A stretch of 64,000 bases of DNA from assembly GCA_010909165.1 (NCBI GenBank), contig MU008180.1, positions 1,028,076 to 1,092,075 on the forward strand, given 5' to 3'. A program made the translations under genes and the position numbers. The DNA comes from Anthoceros angustus (taxonomy: Eukaryota > Plantae > Anthocerotophyta). The notes beneath the pieces are model-generated. The model did no database searches. It had not been told where the DNA came from and worked only from the letters and a program-made list of their open reading frames with translations. Positions 36,545 to 46,279 of the stretch are shown one piece after another (within the stretch, counting starts at the first letter, position 1; each line of letters opens with the position of its first letter).

Positions 36545-36961
36545 AGAGATGCTTGATCTTGATGGGTTCTCTCTCCCTAAGCACTCTTGAAAATCTCTAC
36601 TAACCTGAGATGCCGAGTGTAGGAGCAGCCTCGTGAAGCTGCTCAGGCCCTGCCTGCCCACCCAAACTGAAACCCTTTCCAAACATAGGGGTTGGCCATG
36701 AGAGTTGGAAGCGATAGGGGTAAGTCCAACTTTGTTTGGAAGTTGCGACTCCCAGCCTAGCTGTAGGCTTGGATCTTGGTGGCAAGGCCACCAAAAAAAT
36801 GTGTAGGCCGTTTGGCCATGACTCAAGCAGAAGGCAATTGCTGGCCTGTCTCTTTTCTTCTTGTCAATCCTGCGAGGTAAGGCTGACCCTTCTTGGGCCA
36901 TTCCCTCACCTTGCAGTTCAGTGTCCTGTATTTGAGTGTTGCACTGAGTATGCGTTGCAGC

Positions 36962-39900
36962 TGTGAAATCCTCGTTTTAGTTGTGCGAACGTCGGTTTTT
37001 GTGTATTTGTCTTAACCACTGCAGCCTGCAGATCACACTTGCTGAAGTTCAAGCAGCGGGGTGTTGCGGTCAGATTGACCGAGAGACGAAATCGTAGTGG
37101 CAGATTGATTAGAAGTTCATGTGCTACAGAATGTTGTGAGCATAGGGCTCTGCCCAAACGTTATACTAAAACGTAATTGCATGTTCATGACGTTTCGCTG
37201 AATACCCTTTCGGATCCTAAAACTTAAAATCCAAACGAGCCCTAAGGGCTAGCGTGCTATTTGTTTTAACACTCCCACTTAGCATCTAGTCCTTAGGCTG
37301 TATACTTTAACTTTAGTAAGTATTAGAGTTGATTTTTGAGACTCTTCTTAGTCCCATACTTGTCGTGTGTTCTTGGTGTTTGATGGAGCTGAGTGCTTTC
37401 GTAAGCATGTCCACCGTCATTTGTTCTGTTGGGCAATAAAGAACTATAAATTTGCCTTCATCAACTACTTGCCTTATGAAGTGGAATTGTACTTCCATTG
37501 CCGATCATGCATGGAACTTGGGTTGTATGTGAGTGCGATAGCCCTTTGATTGTCGCAATAAAGCAGCCTAGGAATCCTTTGGGTCTCGCCTAACTCCGAA
37601 AGTTGGAGGAGTTGCCAAAGTCCATCTTTGCAGGCATGAGTTAAGGAGCAATACTCGGCCTCGGTTGAGCTGAGTGCGACTACTTGTTGCCGCTTACTAC
37701 TCCAGCTTGTTGTTGTGCCTCCAAATAGGTATACATAACTACTTGTGCTCTTTCATCGTATTGATATTTTGAGGCCCAGTAACATCGCTAAAGCCTTTAA
37801 GTTGTAGAGGCTCTCCTTGCTTAATATCATCGCTAAAGCCTTTAAGTTGTAGAGGCTCTCCTTGCTTAATATCATCGCTAAAGCCTTTAAGTTGTAGGGC
37901 TCTGCCCAAACGTTATACTAAAACGTAATTGCATGTTCATGACGTTTCGCTGAATACCCTTTCGGATCCTAAAACTTAAAATCCAAACGAGCCCTAAGGG
38001 CTAGCGTGCTATTTGTTTTAACACTCCCACTTAGCATCTAGTCCTTAGGCTGTATACTTTAACTTTAGTAAGTATTAGAGTTGATTTTTGAGACTCTTCT
38101 TAGTCCCATACTTGTCGTGTGTTCTTGGTGTTTGATGGAGCTGAGTGCTTTCGTAAGCATGTCCACCGTCATTTGTTCTGTTGGGCAATAAAGAACTATA
38201 AATTTGCCTTCATCAACTACTTGCCTTATGAAGTGGAATTGTACTTCCACGTGCTTCGTCTGTGCATGGAACTTCGGGTTGTATGTGAGTGCGATAGCAC
38301 TTTGATTGTCGCAATAAAGCAGCCTAGGAATCCTTTGGGTCTCGCCTAACTCCGAAAGTTGGAGGAGTTGCCAAAGTCCATCTTTGCAGGCATGAGTTAA
38401 GGAGCAATACTCGGCCTCGGTTGAGCTGAGTGCGACTACTTGTTGCCGCTTACTACTCCAGCTTGTTGTTGTGCCTCCAAATAGGTATACATAACTACTT
38501 GTGCTCTTTCTGTCATCAATGTTGCCGGCCCAGTAACATCGCTAAAGCCTTTAAGTTGTAGAGGCTCTCCTTGCTTAATATCATCGCTAAAGCCTTTAAG
38601 TTGTAGAGGCTCTCCTTGCTTAATATCATCGCTAAAGCCTTTAAGTTGTAGAGGCTCTCCTTGCTTAATATGTGACTGGTAAAGCAACCTTAAGTCCGGG
38701 GTTGCTCTTAGGTATCGGAATATCCTCTTGACTGCCTTCCAATGAGCTTGAGTAGGAGCTGATAGAAACTGTGATAGAGCTCCCACTGATAGGATAGGTC
38801 TGCTCTAGTGCAAACCATGAGGTACATAAGACTACCTACGGCTGAAGAGTAAGGAGGAGGAGTAGTGTCTGAGGTGTCATCCAGTTGATCCGGTTCCTTG
38901 CTAAGCTTAAGGTTCATTTCCATGGGTGTAGAGATAGGTCTAGCATCTAACATCTTAAACTTGGTTAAAATCTCTTGAATATACTTGGATTGGTGAATGA
39001 GAATGCTTCTCGCGTTTCTATCCCTTAGAACCTGAATACCTAGACAAAAAGAAAGTTCTCTACAAGTGGTCATAGAGAAACGTTTAGCTAGCATAGACAT
39101 GGTGTCTTCTAATATGGCCTTAGAGTTGGACATAAGGACTATGTCGTCCACATATACTCCTAAGACAATAAAGTGGCCGCCTGATCTTTTAATGTAAATA
39201 TTACTATCGGAATTTAGCTTAGTAAACCCTAATTCTTTAAGGCTAACAGTCCATATAAGGACTTTAGTAGTAGGCAGGCATTGTATTTTGCCCTATCCTT
39301 GACATGTATTCCTTCAGGGATCTCCATGTAGATGGTGTGGTCAAGGTCTCCATATAGAAAAGCTGTCTTGATATCAAGTTGCATTAGCTCATAGTCATGG
39401 TGAGATGCTAAGGCTAAGAGGATCCTGAGTGTGGTTATTTTAAGTACGGGGCTAAAGGTTTCGTCGTAGTCAAATCCATATTTTTGAGAGTATCCCTTTG
39501 CTACTAATCTAGCTTTGTATCTTTCTATGCTCCCGTCAGCATTTAACTTAATCTTAAAAGTCCACTTACAACCTACTAGTTTTCTATCCTTAGGTAAAGA
39601 AGTTAAGGTCCAAGAATTATTAGCTTGTAGGGATTCTAGTTCTGACCTGATTGCCTGTTTCCAGTGTTCCTTTTGTGGGCAGGTGATCGCCTCTTGATAG
39701 CTAGCGGGAACAAATTGATCTATTGCTGCATTAAGGCAATAAACTAGTGTATTCTTAGGGTCTTTCCAATTAGTAGGAGAGTACCTATTTATCTTGCCAA
39801 CATTAGAACACTGAGGACGTCTTTCCCTCGTGTCATTAGTATTATTGGGTTGTTGAGGGTCCTCGTGAGTGTCCTCGTAATTAGGGTCTTCATATCCGGC

Positions 39901-40000
39901 ATTATCTGGCATATTTGGAATATCGGAAATAGGGAAATTAGAATATACATTTCTGCTTGCCTTTGAGTCTTTGGGATAAGGGCGGTGTTATGTTGTGTGA
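36962..40000 (-). mobile_element. Ty1/Copia retrotransposon, 3' part (RT, RNase H, PPT, 3' LTR ~36962-37271)
   Basis: WTFKIKLNADGSIERYKARLVAKGYSQKYG, QLDIKTAFLYG, YVDDI, YSSAVGSLMY, VEVQFHFIRQ and QMTVDMLTKAL. On the minus strand PPT AAGTGGGAG is followed by TGTTAAA; LTR ends are TGTGAAA/TTTAACA. Confidence 0.93.
37145..38660. repeat. 752-bp tandem duplication within the Copia element, plus a 45-bp x3 internal tandem repeat in each copy
   Basis: 37145-37896 recurs at 37897-38660 (PPT/LTR boundary at 37271 and 38023); unit ATCGCTAAAGCCTTTAAGTTGTAGAGGCTCTCCTTGCTTAATATC. Confidence 0.92.
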
Positions 40001-40699
40001 TGTGATCATGGCCGGTTTGTGATGGAGAGTGTCGCACGAGGTAAGCACTTGAATTCATATAAGCACTTCCTCGACCAACAACCAAGCAAACAAATCTGAT
40101 ACGCAGATATGTAGGTGCAACCAATGCTTGAGATATCATATAAGCACTTCCTCAACAACCCGACTAATAGGTGCCCACGATAATGTGAGACTCTAAGTCA
40201 AAACATTATCATTAGTAGAACTACACACGTCGCACCTCTTGTTAGCGCATTGTGCACAAAACCGATTAATCTTCTTGGAATGTCGGAGGTTATGAACCTT
40301 GTCCATGAGTGGAGGTTGTCTTGACATCCTCATGCGTCATGTGGACTACTCTCCCCGGTAGGTTGCTCGCCATTTTCTTCTTGCCTTCGAGCCACATGCC
40401 TCTGCGAACACTTGTTCATCCTTGATTAGTTCAATGTGGAACTTCCCAGTGGTGTACTTCCCCATCTCCGCAAGCGTGAAAGCAAACACATGTCGCGATG
40501 CCTCCAACAACTCCTTTAGGCGCCGTTGATTGCTCTTCAACTCGATGCTGTTAACCACTCATGTGGCGTGGCTCGGATGGCACGCTTCCTCTCGCTTACT
40601 CTCCTTGCCCTCAAACTTCTCTTGTTGAGATCGGTCTTTGGGCTCCTTGCCCACCGAACCACTCGCCTTCTTGGTTTGAAGTTGGTGGCGACTCGGTGA

Positions 40700-41220
40700 A
40701 CAACGGTCATCATGTCCATGTCAAATGCTTGCCCAAGCAATCGACACCGTTCCTTCTCGGTCACTCCTCGGATCATGCCAAAATCCTCCTGGACTTGCTT
40801 CTTCACGCTCATGCATGCTGGCACATTCTCCAACATGTATCCGCAAGGCCTTTCTTGCCCTTTCTGGATCAAGCGCAAGATCCTCATCGGTCATAGAACA
40901 ATGTTCGTGGATCCTTGAGACCTTGACCCTTACTGCGGAGGATAGTCCTTGACACTCCCAACTGCGATGACAAGGTCCACGGTTGCCCAAGACAACTCAA
41001 ATGGGACAACCCTATCATGCGAACATCCATCGGCGGTAACCTTCCCTTCGACTCCCGCGTCGAGGTTAGGGTACTCCCCATCAAGTCTCTTACGCGCCGC
41101 GACACAATCCTTGCTTTTGGATCCGGGTCACAATGATCTTCGCACTTTGATGCCACACTTTTGCAGCTTCAAGCGTCGATGCCTCCAAAGAGTTCCACGA
41201 GCACTATGCCGTCTTCAGGT
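40700..41220 (-). pseudogene. C5 cytosine DNA methyltransferase domain embedded in Gypsy pol (frameshifted; motifs VIII-IX absent)
   Basis: Minus strand: GIVLVELFGGI (motif I, 41210-41178), GIKVRR..CDPDPKARIV (II), DVR (III), VDLVIA-WECQGLSSA (IV, catalytic Cys, ~40980-40934), KGQGLKDPRTLFYD (V), GYMLENVP (VI, ENV 40830-40822), ERCRLLGQAFD (X, ~40755-40720). Confidence 0.85.
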
Positions 41221-42084
41221 CGCCATGTGATGACACAGGTGTTTAGGTCACAAGCAGGCTCAACCCTAGGCAAGAACTTCTGAGTTCTCGGCTCATAGGA
41301 CCGGTCCTCTTGCACCATCCTCCAGCCGCCTCATTGCTGCACACCATCCGTCCGTGACTTGAAGAACCTCCTCCGAGGGTGGTTGCAACCCTAGCTTGTC
41401 TTCCTCCTCCTCGTCGAAATCCTCCATCAGGTCAGTTGCGGTTGTTAGACACACGCCAAGAGGTTCAAGCACGTATGGCGTGTCCTTCACTCTGGCAAAC
41501 ACAGGTGACGCTGGCAATGAGGTTCTCATGATCCTTGCCATGCATGCAGAGGGATGCGGGCAATCCGTTCATCGGTTTTGCTCCGGCTTCTCTCGGCTGG
41601 TCGATAAGTCTCCGTCCACAAATCCACCATGACTCGAGGTTTGTACAAAGCGTCGCTCCCAAGACATCAAATATGCATCGGTGACCAAGCGGTGTACCTC
41701 GACAAAGGTGAAGTCTGTTCTTGGTTTGAATGAAACCTTCATGTACCTTGTCACCCCAACACATGCTCGTGGTCCCGGTGCGGTCCGGATCTTCCACTTG
41801 GTTTCCTTCAACCTTTCTTGGTGGAGACCCAACTTCCTTCACTCTTCTTCCAACGATCACGGCGTGCTCGGTGTCAATCAACACCTCCTTGGTGCGAATC
41901 CATTGATTTCAATGTGCCTCTCCCGATTGTTGACCAAAGCCACTCCCACTGCGACATTCCGCTTCTCCACGAGATGCTTGGCTCGAGGTCGGCAATGACA
42001 TCATTGCCACTGTGTGGCAAATCTTGGACACTTGCTTCGTCTTCAAGGGTTGTCAACATCCGGAGTCAAACCCTGACTTCCTTC

Positions 42085-44350
42085 ACGCTCAACCCCATGT
42101 CTTGTAGGTGAAACATGGCATCTCCGAGCTTTTGTGCCATCTCCGTCGACAATCTGCATGGGTTTCTCCACATCGCCCACTCTGGACTTTGATGTTGCTC
42201 CCAGTTGCTCCTGGCAATGGCTCAAGCGACTTTGGCATCTTGGCATAGGTTCGGAAGAGGATCCGAAGCTTCCTTCCGTGTCTTCCGCTGCTGGTGTCAA
42301 GACATCCTCTTCTTCCTCGAGCTATCTTCTCGTAGGCGCGGAGGTTTCTTCCCTGCCCTTGGATCAGTCACGATCGCCATGTATCCAAGCTTGTGCTCAT
42401 CTTCTTCGTCCTCGATGATGCTGCTCTCCTTGATCTTCGCCTTCCGCACTTCTCCCGCTTTGCAAGGCGTGCCACGTAGCTGTCCATCGTCTTCTTTGAT
42501 GCTTCCCGTTTCTTTTGTCCACGGGACTTGGTGCCTCCTCCACGCGCCTTTGCTCTTGATTTTGTGGATGAGGTTGGCGAGATGCATTGGCGGGGTTGCT
42601 GCTCGATAACCCGTAGGCCGCAATTCGGATGCTTCTCCCAACATGCCGCTTCATTGTGCCGTACCTCCCACACTAGGGCATGGCTCCTCACCCTTGACTC
42701 CTCCGAATGCATGCTCGCACTCATGAGGGAATGGTCCGTCCCTCGGCACCTCACGCAGGGCTCGTCACTTGGGGTGTGTGGGGTGGCTTGTCTCGCCGAG
42801 CTCCTCCACTCGACCTCCGTCGGTCATGTCCACCACTCCTACTTGTCTTTGGAGTAATCACTTGTGACGAGTGTCAGGGGCCCTATCTTGTCGACCATCT
42901 CGTACACTTCCTTGAGGGTGTAGTGTTGCCCTTCGTCTGTGCACCGCTTGTTGCACCTTCATGCGTGCATATGGCAATGCAAGTACTTCTCTGACCCGAT
43001 CGGTCACTCATGATCTTGGTGTCACGTACCAACTGGTCGATTCTTGATAAGCCATCTTAGCGCGACTTCATCTTGAAGTGTGTCGGCTCGGAGATCTTCT
43101 CATCCGTGCTTGCGAAACTCCAGCCGGAAGATGTCAAACATCTCTTGATGGGATCGTGCCCACTCGGTGCCTCGTGCCTTTGGCTAGCTTGAGCGCTACT
43201 CACTGGTCCTCCAGTGCCGCTCAACCCCATGTCTTGTAGGTGAAACATGGCATCTCCGAGCTTTTGTGCCATCGTCTCGTCGACAATCTGCATGGGTTTC
43301 TCCACATCGCCCACTGGACTTTGATGTTGCTCCCAGTTGCTCCTGTTGGCAATGGCTCAAACGACTTTGGCATCTTGGCATAGGTTCGGAAGAGGATCCG
43401 AGCTTCCTTCCGTGTCTTCCGCTTCTGGTGTCAAGACATCCTCTTCTTCCTCGAGCTATCTTCTCGTAGCGCGAGGTTTCTTCCTGCCCTTGGATCTGGT
43501 CACGATCGCCATGTATCCAAGCTTGTGCTCATCTTCTTCGTCCTCGATGATGAACTGCTCTCCTTGATCTTCGCCTTCCGCACCAACTTCTCCAGCTTTG
43601 CAAGGCGTGCCACGTAGTCCATCGTCTTCTTTGATGCTTCCCGTTTCTTTTGTCCACGGGACTTCGAGTGCCTCCTCCACGCGCCTTTGCTCTTGATTTT
43701 GTGGATGAGGTTGGCGGATGCATTGGCGGGGTTGCTTTCGATAACCCGTGAGCCGCAATTCGGATGCTTCTCCAACATGCCGCTTCATTGTGCCGTACCT
43801 CCACACCTAGGGCATGGCTCCTCACCCTTGACTCCTCCGAATGCATGCTCGCACTCATGAGGGAATGGTCCCTCGGCACCTCACGCAGGGCTCGTCACTT
43901 GGGGCTGTGGGGTGGCTTGTCTCGAGCTCCTCCACTCGACCTCCGCGTCGGTCATGTCGTCCACCACTCCTACTTGTCTTTGGAGTAATCACTTGCACGA
44001 GAGAAAGTGTCGGGCCCTATCTTGTCACCATCTCGTACACTTCCTTGAGGGTGTAGTGTTGCCCCTTTCTGCACCGCTTGTTGCACCTTCATGCGCGTGC
44101 ATATGGCAATGCAAGTACTTCTGCGACGTCGGTCACTCATGATCTTGGTGTCACGTACCAACTGGTCGATTCTTGATAAGCCATCTTCGAGTCTGACTTC
44201 ATCTTGAAGTGTCGGCTCGGAGATCTTCTCATCCGTGCTTGCGAAACTCCAGTAGGAAGATGTCAAACATCTCTTGATGGGATCGTGCCCACTCGGTGCA
44301 CTCTGCCTTGGTTCCTTGAGCTTGCTACTCACTGGTCCTCCGGTTGTGCC
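42085..44350. repeat. ~1.13-kb tandem duplication within the Gypsy gag region
   Basis: 42085-43216 recurs at 43217-44350; the junction falls on a shared CGCTCAAC; the copies differ largely by 1-3 nt indels. Confidence 0.9.
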
Positions 44351-45104
44351 GCTCAACACTCGCCTTGTGCTCGCGATAGCACGCCAATGCTTCATCCCCA
44401 AGTACTTGCATTTGGATGAAGCCGTATCGTGTATCCGGTCTTCAATTCCATCTCCGCACACACCGTACTTCTCGATGAAGTCCTCCGTGGCAAGGTGCCT
44501 CGTCTGAACAACTCCATTCGATCCTTGTCTCCTCCCATCTTGGCGACTCCAAGAGACAAGTCCTCCTCGTCGCTTCCGAGTTGTCGGCAGCACTAACGTG
44601 TCTTGTGTGTTGCCACTCAGATCCTTCAAAGATTGTTGATTGTGTGGGTTCCTCCGTGTCCCGGTGGTACCAAAATCGAGGTGTTCGCACTTCTCCTCTT
44701 GGTCGGGACTTGAATTCGCTCGATGGACTTGCGGTTGGTAGCTCCGTCCGGATCGAGTGTGTCCAGCATGCACTCCAGGCGGTTAGTGGCTAGATCAAAC
44801 CCTTAATCAAGGTTAACACACCCGCTATCTTAGATCGTGATTAGTGAAACCTCTAAGTATCTATGCATGTTAAAATTGCATACAAATACTCTGCAGGCTA
44901 TCATGGTCAAAAAAATGTGAGCTGGGTGAGTTGGATAGCAAAGGCATAGGAACTCGAGTTAAGCACCGTGGGGTGGATCAGTACCTGGATGGGGTCTGCT
45001 AAAGGAGTTTTGGACAGAAAGTGAAATCAAATGGACTGATGACATACCCATGTCTATCCCCTTATCCCTTGAATCCGGGGCCCAAGAGTAAAATACTCTT
45101 GTTT

Positions 45105-45665
45105 CTCCTTGGCCTTGGGCTTCTTCTCCTTGGCCTTGGACTTGGGCTTGCCTCCTCCCCCCTTGGCCTTGGCTCTCCTTGGTAGGGCTTCTTCTTGCCT
45201 CCTCTCCTTGGACTTGGGCTTGCCTCCTCTCCTTGGCCTTGGACTTGGGCTTCTTGCCTCCTCTCCTTGGCCTTGGAGGCTTGGGCTTCTTCTCTCCTCT
45301 CCTTGGCCTTGGGCTTGGGCTCTCTCCTTGGCCTTGGACTTGATCTTGCCTCCTTGGCCCTGGCTGCCTCCTCCTTGGCCTTGGCCTTGGCCTCCTCCTC
45401 TCCTCTCCTTCTCCTCTCCTTCTCCTTGGCTGCCTCCTCCTCTCCTTGGCCTTGGCCTCCTCCTCTCCTCTCCTTGGCCTGGCGTCGCCTGGCTGCCTTG
45501 GCCTGGCGTCGCCTGGCTGCCTCCTCCTTGGCCTCCTCGCCTTGGCCTTGGCCTGGCGTCGCCTAGCATCGCCTAGCATCGCCTAGCACGCCTAGCATCG
45601 CTAGCATCGCCTGGCATCGCCTAGCATCGCCTAGCATCGCTAGCATCGCCTGGCGTCGCTGGCAT
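45105..45665. repeat. Low-complexity (CCTTGG/CCT) array followed by a (CGCCTAGCAT)n 10-bp tandem repeat
   Basis: Seen directly; probably part of the 5' non-coding region of the Gypsy element (inference). Confidence 0.85.
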
Positions 45666-45907
45666 CCTAAGCGTATAGCGCTGATCATAGCTTGTAACAA
45701 CGGAGGAGTAGCTCGCACATGGTGCAAACACTCTCGCGGGAACAACGCAAATTCCTCACACATCGCTCATAGCTTTGGCCTCCTCTGCGCCTTGCATTGC
45801 ATATCTAGAGGACAAGCTATGATCGGGCTTATCCTCAATGGAAGGGTCTATATATACTAGACTGGCGTGATATTCTAAGATATCCTATTGGCGTCATATG
45901 CCGAAAT

Positions 45908-46240
45908 ATCCTAAGAATACACTATAATATGCAAGGAATATGCAAAGCATATTACTTGAGCTTATCCCATTGTATCCTAAGAATACACTATAATATGCAA
46001 GGAATATGCCAAAGCATATTACTTGAGCTTATCAACCAGCTATTGCTAACCATGTTTAATTAACACTAATCAATGCTTAATTAACATAAGCACATTAGAT
46101 TAATTAACACTAATCAATGCTTAATTAACATAAGCACTTAGATTAATTAACACTAATCAATGCTTAATTAGCATAAGCACTTAGATTAATTAACACTAAT
46201 TACTTACTTAAAGATAAGTAATTAGATTAATTAATGCTAA
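45908..46240. repeat. AT-rich tandem repeats (~66 bp x2, then ~42 bp x3-4), probably LTR U3
   Basis: ATCCTAAGAATACACTATAATATGCAAGGAATATGC occurs twice; TTAATTAACACTAATCAATGCTTAATTAACATAAGCAC is repeated. Confidence 0.8.
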
Positions 46241-46279
46241 TCAAACACTAAACCCAAGTGCATAGATTAGTATCACCAC

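Larger units (their letters stand above)
40346..44773 (-). mobile_element. Ty3/Gypsy retrotransposon 5' half: gag, aspartic protease, C5 DNA methyltransferase, start of RT (truncated)
   Basis: Gag-like ORF from 44773 with a Cys/His knuckle-like segment; protease-like VLIDT..(A)VIVG at ~41884; methyltransferase motifs at 41220-40700; then the pre-RT segment LKELLEASRHVFAFTLAEMGKYTTGKFHIEL (40558-40420). Confidence 0.8.

Noticed and set aside
44959-45579. Arg/Lys/Pro-rich ORFs
   Set aside because: Products of a low-complexity CCTTGG array open in several frames on both strands.
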